DNA of 64,000 bases from the human T2T-CHM13v2.0 reference genome, Homo sapiens, in the NCBI RefSeq assembly GCF_009914755.1, contig NC_060931.1; one strand, given 5' to 3'. Shown piece by piece: positions 1 to 16,313 of this stretch. The position numbers were made by a program, and so were the translations under genes. A model generated the notes under the pieces. It saw nothing but the letters and a program-made list of their open reading frames with translations, was not told where the DNA came from and searched no databases. The first letter of the stretch is position 1, and each line of letters starts with the position of its first letter.

Positions 1-506
<506 letters not shown>

Positions 507-2380
507 CTACATTTCACATCTTGTCAGCCTGTCATTGAGCCCTGCTGTCCGTCCCTCAGTGTGTATCCCCGTGCTGACCCTCCCTGCTTCCAACGAGCCT
601 AATCCAGCACTGCCCCTAGCCTGGATTGCTGAACAGCTGCCTGTGTTGTCTCCTTGCCTTTGCAGTCTTTGCCTCTTTCAGATTATTTTCTGCATAGCAG
701 CAAGACTGGTCTTTTTCTTTTTTTCTAAAATGTAAGTTGTATCTTGTCATTGCTCTTTTAGTGCCTTCATTGCAGTTGTGCTCCCCGCTCATGTTGATTT
801 TCCTTAACACCCTTCACTGCTCTAAGTCATACACATACCAGTTGACTTGGTTATTATTTGTATCTCCAGCTAGAGTGAAAACTTGGTGAGGACTGGTATT
901 ATATCCCTGACATTAAAAATAGTGTCTTGTTAGTAAAAAGTGCTCAGTATTTTTCTGAATGAATAATTGATTATAAGGTAGTGAAGAGGGAGGTTATATC
1001 TGAGGTCCAGTTGACATGAGGGAAAGGTCTTAAGACCTTTAAGACATTTAAGAGGAAAAATGAGCCCAAAATGCATGTGTTTGGAAGGCCCACAGCTGGG
1101 CACAGCCATGCATGTTCCTCACGTCCACCATAGGTTTATGCTGCCTGACCCCTTGGGTCTTTGCTCATTTCCCTTAGTTTCCCTAGTTCATTCCCCATGG
1201 GGAGCTGGGACCCTTCTGGATGACCTCTTCTCTGAGGCGCCCATCTCGTGCTCCCAGGGAGCACTCCCATCTCCTCCCTCCCAGGGGAAGTACACATTGC
1301 CTTATCTCCATGTGTCTTAGGATCCTTCTTGTCCTTACACTGGTGTCTTCAAACGACATGTCCTAAAAGTAAATGTGGGTAAGTTGAATGACCTGAGCAT
1401 CCATTCCTCAGCTATTCAAAAAGTAGGGGTAGTGCCACCTATCTTGGCAGTGTGTTGAGGGTGCCCAGCACGTACCTTGCCATCCCTCGTTCTGTAGGCT
1501 CTCACTTCCAGTTCCTCAGATGAGGTACAGGGCAGGGAGGAGCTTCTCCCGTTACTGTCATCTCAGTCTAACCACATTCAGGACACTTGTTTATTTTAAA
1601 TAAACAGGTGAATTAAGAAAAAGTTTTTTAAGTCTTTACCTAATCAGTCTCCAGGCTCTCTTTTTGGCCTGTTCCTCCCTTCCTCCTGGCCGCCTCCCTC
1701 CCATGCCTCTCATGTGCCTCCTGCAGGGCTGGGCCCCCACTTCTCTTGGGACCTGTGCTTTGGGGCACTCCCCGTCTTCACCTCCTTCCTTTAGCTCCAT
1801 TGATGACTTTCCCCCTTGCTGCTTCTCCCATGGCTCACCTCTTGCCCCCTGGTTCGCCACTCTGCCCTCACTTTGTACTCTTTGTAGAATCTTGAGATGA
1901 CTCCTCCTGTGTCCCCAGCCCTGCTCTGCAGCTGCTCCTGCTTTGTGCTGGCTCATCAGGCTCAGGCATCCGAATGGCAGCTCCTTGGCTTGCCCTGTCT
2001 CTGGTTTCTACGGATGGTCACAGGGGTCTTCGGGGTTACCCCGCCCTCTTTCCTTCTTCCCTCATACCCCTCAGTCCTTCCTTTTCAGCCCCTCCTTTCC
2101 ATCCCTGTCTTCCTGCCCCCAAGCTGTGGGACCCTAAGCTCCTGCTGTGAACTGTCGACTGTGCTCTTGAAGTCTAGGTGATGATGTGTCATTGCATTGG
2201 TAGAAAGCGGCCTGCTTACTGCTGCTTAGCTGCTTCCCGAAGAGGGAACAGACTGCTCGCTGGTGTTTAGGTCTCCATGCCCGGCCCAGCTCTCTCCTCC
2301 TCTGCCCACCCAACAACCTCTGTGGCCCGGATGGATGTTATCAGGAAGGAGGGTGTCCAGAGCGGGGAATTGTGTTATAG

Positions 2381-2431
2381 GGAAGGTGGAGCATTTGAGA
2401 GAAGGGGCATCCGAGGCCACCAGACTCGGAG
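2381..2431 (+). CDS. BUD23: BUD23 alternative cassette exon (51 nt, EGGAFERRGIRGHQTR), long isoform
   Basis: tatag|G acceptor and AG|gtaagc donor. Phase 2-2, 17 codons, in frame with the next exon. Matches my recollection of the longer BUD23 isoform insertion. Confidence 0.8.
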
Positions 2432-2519
2432 GTAAGCTTGCCATGGATTCACATGGGGGCCAGTCGGGCAGCCCCATCCATCAGCTGTCCATCAGCTCAT
2501 AGCTGTGTCTCCGCCACAG

Positions 2520-2609
2520 GTTCCCATTAAGGATGTCGAGGCGGGGAATGGTGAGGAAGAGTCGGGCATGGGTGCTGGAGAAGAAGGAGCGGCACAGGCG
2601 CCAGGGCAG
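2520..2609 (+). CDS. BUD23: BUD23 (WBSCR22) 18S rRNA m7G methyltransferase, penultimate coding exon
   Basis: cacag|G...AG|gtgagt. Translates (R)[29 protein letters not shown](R), the recognisable basic BUD23 C-terminus. Confidence 0.95.
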
Positions 2610-2745
2610 GTGAGTGCCAGCCTGGGAGCTGGCAGGGTGGGTGGGGGTGGATGACTATTGCCATGAAGAGCTTCCCTTTATTTGAAGGGTCCAGGGCTGC
2701 TTTGATCTTTTTTTTCTGAGACTGTCCTATTCCTTTTCTGCACAG

Positions 2746-2800
2746 GGAAGTCAGACCTGACACCCAGTACACCGGCCGCAAGCGCAAGCCCCGCTTCTAA
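2746..2800 (+). CDS. BUD23: BUD23 last coding exon
   Basis: Pyrimidine tract then cacag|G. Reads EVRPDTQYTGRKRKPRF-TAA, the conserved Bud23 YTGRKR tail. Confidence 0.95.
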
Positions 2801-2854
2801 GTCACCACGCGGTTCTGGAAAGGCACTTGCCTCTGCACTTTTCTATATTGTTCA

Positions 2855-3184
<330 letters not shown>

Positions 3185-4139
3185 CTACTGCTCGACTCCC
3201 CAGGCAGGAATCAGATTTAAAACACTTAGATGAAAGCATTCTTTCCATTTGCAAGGAACACAGAGTCCTTTAATTTAGGGCTTATATATAACTGTATCAT
3301 AATCACACCAAGCAAAGTTGGGAAGAGGGCCCACATGAAATGTGTTCGTGGTGCCTGCTGGCCAGTCCGTTTTCCCTTCCTGTGAAGGCCTTGCCAGTCC
3401 AGCGGCCCCAGCTTGAACTGTGGCACTGAGCTGCACGGTCAGCTGCCTACCAGCCCAGTGCTTGGATGTCTTGGGCTGATCTCTTGTCCCGTCACTAGTG
3501 GTTGGAAAGGGAAGGTCCTGCTCTGGGGTAGTGTGGGACTGTCCAGCTGGCTGTGATAGGAGAGGAGGTGTAATGGTTGCTTGAGCCTTTTGGTCCATGT
3601 GGGAAGAGGGGCAAGATCCTGGGCATTGCAGTACAGAGCTGGATTAGGTGTTCAGCAGCTTAAGACATTAGGGAATGGGTGCCGGGGCCCGAGGGGCTGG
3701 GTGTCTGGGAGTGGGGTGAGGCTTGGGGCCTGAGGATCTAAGCCCTGCAGTGGGGTTTCCTGCAGGTGTCAGATTCCAGGCCTTGAGAGTGGCCTCTGGG
3801 CCTGTTCTCAGGGAATAAGGCCTGGATGTTTTCCACTGCACGGCCAGAGACAGGTCTGAGGAAGTTGAAGGCCCAGGGTGGGGTTGAGGCTGAGTTGGGA
3901 TCCTCGCCTCTGAGCCCTTCCTCTTAGTGCCACATTCATTCATCCTCAGGTTCTAAGACTGTGACACTGCAGATGGCAAGAAGTCTAGAGCAGCCAGGCC
4001 AGGCACAACCTGTGGTCCCAGCTCTGTGGGAGGCTGAGGTGGGAGGCCAGCTTGGGCAATAGTGAGAATCCTCCTAAGGTTTTCCCCCAGGAGACCTGGG
4101 GAAGAAATCTACAACAGAGGCCTGGTACAGATACAAATG

Positions 4140-4145
4140 TTTATT
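4140..4145 (-). terminator. STX1A: STX1A polyadenylation signal (AATAAA on minus)
   Basis: tttatt on the + strand ~1.2 kb past the STX1A stop. Confidence 0.8.
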
Positions 4146-5322
4146 CTACATAAAAATTTCACAAAATGGGCAGCTGGTTGTACCAAGACCTTTGGTGAAG
4201 GGGTTGGGGGGAATCGCTGTTCAAGAAGGCAACACGGACAGTGGTCACAGTCACTGGGCAGGAGTAAAGCCGAGGGAGGGTGGGGCACACGGACACGGCC
4301 CCATCCCCTGCTGCATGCACTCGCATGCATCTCCCTGCCTGTCCACAAGGGAGAGGGTCCTGGGGCGGGGGCACATTTCCCATGAGAAGCCCCAAGGTGG
4401 TGAGGAGGAGGAGGTAGCCCTCCCCGGCTGGCTGCCGAATACTGCATCTGGGACACGTGACACCCACGTGGCACATCGATGGGAGGATGGCAAGGGCAGG
4501 ATGAGACTGCAGGCCTGAAATGACATCTGACTTCCCAGAGCGCAAGACAACAGGAGCCACCATCCCAAACATGCAACGCTGGCTTGAGGGACTGACTGCA
4601 GCCTGCTTTGCCTCCCTAGCTGCTGGGGTGGCTGGAAATAGGGCACCAGCCAGCCCCTTCCAGAGGGACACCTGGGGTCAGACCTAGCCCAAGGGGTTGC
4701 TCCTGGGGCCGGAGGAATGTGGGAAGGGAAGCTGAGGCCCAGGACCCGATGGACTTTGCCCCTAGGCAGGGGAGGGAGCCTGGAGCCATGGCAGCCTGAG
4801 CCTCCCTGGCAGTGATCAGCGACTGAGACTCAGAGCTGGGCTGTCCCTCAGGGCCACCTCTCCCCTAACCTGAAAAGCAGCACCATGTGGCCAGCTGGTC
4901 CCCACCCCTCAGGGCTCTGCTTGTGGGGACAGCTGGAGAGGACAGGGCAGGTCAGCTGGAGGCGAGGTTAGGGTCCCCAGGGAAGAGCAGAACCTGGGCC
5001 CACCGAGTTACTGAAGGCAAGGAAGGGTGGCCTGTGTCACCCTGGCGGCCCTGCCTGGGTCTGCTCCTCGCTGTGCACACTGCATCACGCCCCGCTGGCT
5101 GCCTCCCTCTGCCTCTTCCCGTACAGACGCACACTCACAGAGATCATGCACACGACACGGGGCGGGGACGGAGGGCCCATGGCAGAGAAGGGAGCATGGG
5201 GGCCGGGAGGGAGGGTGCTCTGAGCCAGAGGCGGGGGTTGGGAGGGCAGCCCAGCCAGGTGGCAGCAGCCAGGGCCTCCTTGGAGTGGCCCACCTGGAGT
5301 GGAGTGGCAGTTTGGGTGGCTT

Positions 5323-5847
<525 letters not shown>

Positions 5848-6224
5848 CTAGAGACAAAAAGGGGGCGTGAGGAGGTTAGGGTACAGCTTCTCACCTGGGC
5901 CAGGTACCCTGGGTGGGGTGTAGAGGGCCAGGCAGGCTCCCCAAGGCAGCTCCCACATTTCCCCGCAGAGCAGCAATCCTGGGGGTGGAGCTGGCCATGC
6001 AGTCTCAGCTGAGGGTTGGGGACCATGCAGAGAACACTGTCAGAGATGTGGCAGTGCCAGGCAGAGGAAGGTGGGAGCAGGAGTGGGTATGCTGGAGTCT
6101 GGTCCTGCCCTGGCCATAGCTCCTGAGGTGGCCACAGGTGAGCCTGCCCACACCCCCATCCTCAGGCATGACAGCTCCATCCAGCTCTGTCTGCTGTCTG
6201 GGGTCTTCAGTCTTTAAGAACTTG

Positions 6225-6865
<641 letters not shown>

Positions 6866-7760
6866 AACCCCCTCCAATCTAGAAGAGACCGCAAATTCCC
6901 CAGCACACTGCCTGCCAAGGCCCCGTCCACCTCGTCTCCAGCTTCATCTCAGCTCCGACCACTCCTTGTGCCCCAGCAGCAAGGACCTCCTTTTTCTGTT
7001 CCTGAAATAAGTCTGGGTCTTGCTGGGCTTGGGACCTTAGTGTTGCTGGGGCCAGCTCTTCATCTCCGCTGCGAAGTCTTCACAGCTGGCTCCTTTTCCC
7101 CCTTTTTTGGCATCAGCTCAAATGTCCCCTCCTGAGAGGCCTTCCTTGACCACTCACTCCAACAAAGGCAGCCGCCCCATCGTGGTCACGGTGTTACTCT
7201 GTGTAACTTTGGAACCATAGTGGTGGTGGCACCACCTTTGAGCTTGTCAGAGAGGCACCTTCCTGGACCTTCACCTCAGCTGCCAGTCTCTGGGACGGGG
7301 ACCTGGAAACTTACAAGTCCTCCAGGTGACTCATTCAAGTTTGAGCCCCACTGGAGAACCTTCGATTTGTTCTTAGGCAACTCTTTTGCCCAACAGCCAT
7401 TCACTCCAGGAAGCAGGTCCCTGAGCTGTCCTGGTCACTGCTATGCCTTCAGTCTCTGGGGAAATGCGTGGCCCACAGTGGCCCCATGAGGAAACAGTAG
7501 TAGGGGAATGAGAGACGGCGGGGTATAGAGGGTGGGGCCATGCAGGGCCTGGGGTCCTTGAAGCTCAAGCAGAGCCATGCAGAGGACAGGGACCTTCGGG
7601 TCGGCAGGGCCCTGGCGGCAGTTTCAACAGCGGGTGATTGGTTACCTGAGAACTTGGTCCCTCCCCGGCAGGGCAGCGTGTCGGGCAGAAAGGGCGAGGT
7701 TAGTGCAGCCCTGGGTGCTGGTGTGGGCTGGAGTGGAGGGCAGGGGGGCCCGGCACTCAC

Positions 7761-7898
7761 CTGGCTCTCCACGAGCATGGCCATGTCCATGAACATGTCG
7801 TGTAGCTCACGGATGCTGTTCTCCAGCTTGATGATCTCACTGTGCCGCGTCTCAATCTCGCTCAGAGCCTGCTTCGAGATGCTGGAGTCCATGATGAT
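7761..7898 (-). CDS. STX1A: STX1A exon 8 (SNARE H3 motif up to the 0-layer Gln)
   Basis: [46 protein letters not shown], 138 nt, AG/GT. Confidence 0.97.
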
Positions 7899-8670
7899 CT
7901 GGGGGTGGGAGCAGGGGGCTGGGACCCAGAGGCTTGCTGAGGGGCAGGGCAGAGGGCCGAGGGGGAGGGCGTTTGGGGTGGGCAGAGCTGCTCCGGAAGG
8001 GGGCCTGAGGCTTCCTCCCAAGCCGCAGCCTTCCCCGCCTTGCTACCTGGCTCTGCCACATGCTAGCTGTTACCTAATTTCTCTGCAAGCCAATCTCCTA
8101 CCTGTAACGTGGGGCTAGTGACACTTTCCACCTGTGCTGGCCACAGAGCGAGTGCTCAGTGACAGTCCTTATCACCAGCATTTTGCAGAGCCGAAGTTGA
8201 CTGCCCCGTGGACCCAAGCCTGGAACTGCCTTTCTCCCGTCCCTTCCCCCACATTGAATGTGACTGCTCCTCCCCTCTCTCCTGGAACTCACAGCCCCAA
8301 GCCTGCCTCGAACACCTGTGTGCCACATCCTTCAGGGAGCACCCCTGCCCGGCTTCACGTGAACACAGAAATGGCCAAATGTCCTCCAGGAGAGGAAAAG
8401 GGCCCACGGATAAGAGGAGGAGCCGCTGGCCGCCGGCGAAAGTGAGTCCAACTGGGAGGCATCAGGAGACAGGGGTCTTGAGTCCACCTTTGCCGCTGAC
8501 ATTTATGTGACCTCAGCCTGGTGTTTTCCCCTCTCTGGGACTCTTCCTTCCCTAAAACCTGCCTTACAAGGGGTCTGTGTCCAAATACTGTCCAGACCCA
8601 GCACTAGGGGTCATGGACATAGGGAACATGGTGAGGGGGTCATGGCAGGAGGGATGGGGCCTACACTCAC

Positions 8671-8744
8671 CCCAGAGGCAAAGATGGCGGGGTTCCCACT
8701 CTCCAGCATGTCCTCCAGCTCCTCACTGGTCGTGGTCCTGCCGG
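8671..8744 (-). CDS. STX1A: STX1A exon 7 (linker)
   Basis: (T)GRTTTSEELEDMLESGNPAIFASG, 74 nt, AG/GTGAGT. Confidence 0.96.
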
Positions 8745-8789
8745 CTGCAAGCGAGTGGGGTCACACTGAGCCCAGCCCTCTTCGGGGAG

Positions 8790-9058
8790 TTCAGCAGCAG
8801 CATTGGGCCCCGCCCCCTCCGTCCCAGGCCCGGGCTCCCCCCAGCCCCGAGCTCAGCGGCAGCCTCAGGCCCCGCCCCCCCGGCCCTTAACACAGCAGCC
8901 GCCTCAGGCCCCCGCCCCTCCAGCCCCAAACTCAGCAGCTGCCTCGGGCCACCCGCCTCGGGCCCCTAACTAAGCAGCAGCCTCGAGCCACGCACTCAGC
9001 AGCAGACTCGGGCCCCGCCCCTCCAGGCTCCAGGCCCCGCCCCAGGCCCCACCCCCAG
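8790..9058. repeat. Degenerate GC-rich minisatellite in STX1A intron 6
   Basis: About six units of cagcagcagcctc(a/g)ggccccgcccc. Confidence 0.75.
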
Positions 9059-9063
9059 CTCAC

Positions 9064-9172
9064 TGATCTCCAGCTGCCTCTGGATGCGGCCTTTGCAGCG
9101 CTCGCGGTAGTCGGACTGCGTGGCGTTGTACTCCGACATGACCTCCACAAACTTTCTGGACAGCGTGGAGTG
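9064..9172 (-). CDS. STX1A: STX1A exon 6 (Hc helix)
   Basis: [36 protein letters not shown], 109 nt. Confidence 0.96.
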
Positions 9173-9232
9173 CTGGGGGCCCGAGATGGAGGTGCAGGGG
9201 TCAGGCCCTGCGGGGACCGACCCAGAGACTCA

Positions 9233-9358
<126 letters not shown>

Positions 9359-10065
9359 CTAAGTCATAACCAGGCCCCTTCAACCCCGTCCCCTACCCGC
9401 ACACCCAGCATCTATCCACCTTCCCACATCCCCTAGGGTATGTGTGTGGCCTGTGGCTGGTGGGATCAGTGCCAGGCACCGATGGAGGAGGGGCCTACAG
9501 AAGCCCTTCCAGCTGTGACGCTGTGTGGTGTGTGCATGTGTGTAAATGCACACCCACTCCAAGCTCTGCGTGTGTGTGAGGTCTGGTAGCTCCGGCCACC
9601 CTATGCCTGGGTACCACTCCTTTTCTGCTCAGAAAGGCTGTGTACGAGGGACCATGCCCACAGCGGGGAGAGCCAGGTGGCCCCTCCTGCAGGGCATGTG
9701 GCCCCGAGGCCTTGGCACTCATGGGGTGCACGTGTCTGTTCACCCAGAATACCGGGCTTCTGCAAGAGACCAGGAAGTACTGGCCACTTCTTCAACCCTC
9801 TTTAGCAGAGGTGAGGGGCAGTGCCCATCCAGAGTGGAGCCCTCCCTCGCCAAAGCCTTAGGTGGGTGTGTCCCTGGGCCCAGCCCAGAGTCTGGCACCA
9901 ACGGGCCTTGCCAAGTAGCTGCTGAGTGAATGGGCACATGACGCCACCCTCAGAAAGGAAAGCAAGATCCGGCGCACCCCCTCAGGGCGAGCAAAACCCC
10001 ATGGGCTCCGCAGAGGAAGCAGGCCTAGAATGCCCCCCACCCACCCCCAGACAAGCCTGACTCAC

Positions 10066-10140
10066 TCTTTAACTTGGAACGAACTTTGTTTGCTGTCTTC
10101 TTTATGTCGGACATGAGTTCTTCCAGCTCCTCCTTCGTCT
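10066..10140 (-). CDS. STX1A: STX1A exon 4 (Hb helix)
   Basis: (K)[24 protein letters not shown], 75 nt. Confidence 0.96.
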
Positions 10141-12567
10141 CTGGGGAGGTAGAAAGGGTGGGGGTAGGCCTCCTAGGCTCCGCGGGGACTGATGTGCAGG
10201 CTCAGCCTCCAGCCCAGGGGGCCCAGTGGGAGGCTCTGGGAAGATCCCTGTTCTCCCCTGTTCCCCTGGCTAAGGCTCTGCCTGCCCGCCCCCCTCCCCC
10301 AATTCTGGGCCAGGGCTGCACCAGCTGCAGCTTCACCCCCTCTTGTGCTGTCTTCGGAGGAGCCTCCCTTCCTCCTTTGCTGGCGCCCCCACCCCCTGGA
10401 GATAACAGATGGGTCTAAATTTAAGGCAGAAGTAATTGTGGAGCAGCTGGCGATGCTGGAGTTGGCGCCGGGAACAGTGACTTGATGCTTGCTGGAGTTG
10501 AAGGGGTGGGGGGGCGGTGTGGGCTCACCTGGTGTTACCTGGTGGCTCAGGAGGGTACGCAGCCAGGCAGGGGGTTGACAGGGGACCACCCCACACTCCC
10601 TGAGTCATATGCGCAAACACTCTGGGTGGGGCAGACCTTGCTGTTCCCACAAAGCTACGCCTCCCTGGGTGCTAAGTACCTGGCGGGCGGAAGAGGGCAA
10701 GGGGTGGATGGCCTGGGTGGGCGCTGATGTGGGCCCTCAGGTCCAAAGAGGTGGGCACAGTTGGCCCTGGCCGTGGCAGGTAGCTGGGGCCCTGGTGAAA
10801 TTGGACGAGGGTGGTGACATAGTGTTTTGTGGCCCTTGTTCCAACTAGAACCATCTCCCTAAAGCTGGCAGAGGCCATGGGGGTGCCCAGCTTGCCCCCC
10901 TGCCTGAGAGAAGCTGGATGGAAAAGTGGGACAAGACAGCTGCCTCCCTTGGGGGTGCTCCTGGCAACACCCCAGTCTCAGGACACCCCCAGGACTCTGC
11001 CCCGAGAGAAGCCGGGACTGAGCTCTGGCTATCACCTTCCCACCTGCCCCTCTGCTTGCCCCTGGGGCTGGGGTTTGTCCTAGAGGGGACAGGGAGGGGT
11101 GTTGAGAGTGGTCTATCAGGAAGGCCCCGGATGGGGTCACCTCCCAAGTGGAATGCAGTGAGGTGGAGCGGGGAAGGGGGGGTTCCGAGGCGCGGAGGAG
11201 GGCGCCTCATCCGTAGGAACAAAGGAAAAGTCGGTTACCAGCTGCTCTGACGTCTCAGCCTCTTTTGCTCAGACCCAAAATAGCCCAGGCCGGATGGCAG
11301 CCCCCAGAGGAGGCAGAGCCTGCCTTGCCCGGGAGAGCCCCCCACTCATTGCCATCTTTCCTTGAGACTTCTCCTTAACTCTGTGCCGCCTGTGCCCTAG
11401 AACCCCCAACATGAGCCCCCTCCTCTTAGCGAGAGCCTGGGACTCCGCCAGGTCTCAACTGCTCAGCTCACGGGTGGTGACTCAGAACCGGTCCCTATGA
11501 CTGTGCATGACACCGCAGCAGGAGACGGTGCAGGAGGTGGCCTGCAGGAGCCCAAGGTGTGGAGCAGACAGCTCTGCTGCCCCATGCCCGCCCCACCTGC
11601 CAGCAGTGAGAGACCCACTCCCCTGCTCTTTAGAGCCCTCCGTCCCCACCCCACAATCAGCCACCTCCTGACCCTGAGCAGGAACAGCCCACAGAGGGAC
11701 ACACAGTGACCCAGATACCTCTGGGCGCACAGACATCCGTCTCATGCTGCCATCCAACAAATCTCTCAGGCAAGGAGCTCAGCGTGGTGAGCCCTGGGCG
11801 TCCCTCTCTCCCTCCTGCCCTTCCTGAGGCAGTCCACCCTGCTCCCACCTGACCCATTTTGCCTTCTGAGGGCGGGGCACTGGCTTAGTTGGTGTGGCAC
11901 TGACCTGGGTTCATGCACACTTTGGGGCTGTGGAAAGATTTACTCTGGGTTCTTGAAGATGCCAGTGGGCTTGGGGGTGAGGGGTCATAGACCAGGAGGC
12001 CGTGCTGGAGGTGAGAAGAAAATCTGACCCCGGGCACCTGGGTGGCCAGCGCTTGCCTCCCTCAAACACCTGATGGCTGCATCCCTGGGGCTCATGGTGA
12101 GCCCCCCTCCAGGGAAGGGCACCTATGCCATCAGCCTGGCATCTCTCAGTGTAGTAAACAACATCTCAACAGGAACGTGAGGACCGGGTCAGGGGGACCT
12201 GTCTGGGGACAGAGTGCGAGCCTGACACACAGGCTCCCAGTGTGGAGGGAGAGGGGTGACTTCCTGGAGCCCTGAGAATGCCCGCCCCGGGGTGCCACGT
12301 GGCCAGGTGCCAGGGCTGCCAGCTCCTTCCGGAAGCTCTGCCTGCTTGGCCAGCTTGCCCTCCCACAGCGCTGACGACTTAGAGCTGCCATCTGCTCCCC
12401 TGGGAGGCGAGGGGAGGGGCGGGGCTGGACCGAGAGGCCTTCCTATTGATCACAGACAGCTTCCTCCTTCCCTCCTTCCTTCCCTCGCTCCCAGAAGCCC
12501 AGGGCTGCAGCCAGCCCAGTTGCCTTAGAAAAAAGCCAGTTCGAAATGAAAAAAAATACCTTCTTGG

Positions 12568-13256
<689 letters not shown>

Positions 13257-13504
13257 TCACCCAAGTCTTTCATGGAGACCTGGTCTGGCCGGCCTGGGAT
13301 GCTGGGTACTGACCCCCCAGTTCCAAGCCGGGGACAGCTGCATTTCCCAAGGCTTCTCGTGAAACCCTCCCGACCCTGGCCCGCCCAGACACTCCTAAGC
13401 CCACCAGCCATGAAGGCTGCAGAGGTCCCGTGAGGCCTCCCTGGCAGCAGCCCCTTCCCGAGGCTTGTGGGGCCTGAAACCCGTCCCCCGCCCCACACAC
13501 TCAC

Positions 13505-13604
13505 TCTCGTCGGGGTTGGGGGATGCCAGGATGGCACTGTGCTTCCGCTTCACCTCCTCCACGTTCTCTGCGATCTTGTCAATGAAGCCTCGAATCTCCT
13601 CCAC
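13505..13604 (-). CDS. STX1A: STX1A exon 3 (Ha helix)
   Basis: [33 protein letters not shown], 100 nt. Confidence 0.96.
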
Positions 13605-13960
13605 CTGCGGACCAAGGCCAGGTGGTCAGGAGAAGGAAATCAGGGGAGAAGCCTTCTGGGGCCCAGAGATGGCCCAGAGTAGGGCTGCGGTCAGGGCTCA
13701 GGGGGAGGACGGGCCAGGCTCCGGGTGCTGGGGTGCAGTGGGGGTGCATCCTTCCAGACCCAGATGGGGAGGAGTGTGATCCCAGATTTAGCTCCGCTCT
13801 GAGCTTCCATCTATTCACCCTCAAAACGGTTCATTCGTTGGCACCCCGGAGCTGCTGAGCCAGGTGCAGGTGTGAAAGAGCACTGAACCTGGCTCAGAGG
13901 CGAGAGTGGCCCCCCAAGTTCTGCCAGTGTGCGGGAAGGGTGGGGTGTGCTGGCTCCCAC

Positions 13961-14038
13961 CTGCTCAAAGAACTCATCCATGAAGCGGTCTCGGTCCACG
14001 GTGACAGCGACATCATCATCATCATCGCTGTCCTTGGC
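13961..14038 (-). CDS. STX1A: STX1A exon 2
   Basis: AKDSDDDDDVAVTVDRDRFMDEFFEQ, 78 nt, phase 0-0. Confidence 0.96.
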
Positions 14039-14479
14039 CTGTGCGGGGTTGTGCACACATAAGTGGACGTATGTACAGGACCCACCTGTACACACGCAGG
14101 TGCCCAGGGTACAGCGCCAGGGCCCTGCCCCTCCCCCTCTCCCTGGGGGCCTCTGGGCAGGGACAAGAACAGGCCTGGCTGTTCCGCTCCCAGCCACAGT
14201 AAGATCTGGAGGACCACTGGGGGCCCGGCACAGAGAGAGGAACCTTGCCTGATACACTGGTGTCAAGGCCAAGTCTCAGCCTCTGGGCCAGGGACTTCCT
14301 CCCTCACCTATCTGCCTGCCCCCTCCCTGTGGCTGGGGAGGCAAGCGAGCCTGGGGCCGGCCGCTCTGTCTGGGCCCTCTGGGTCCCCTAGGCCCCTAGG
14401 ACAGCTGCCTGGAAAGTGCATTCTCTACTCTCCTGGCCCTGTGGTTTACACACACACACACAAACACATACACACATCT

Positions 14480-16313
<1,834 letters not shown>

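Noticed and set aside
7421-7440. REST/RE1-like half sites (GCTGTCC) in STX1A
   Set aside because: No full TTCAGCACCACGGACAGCGCC-type site was found by eye, and half sites are common by chance.
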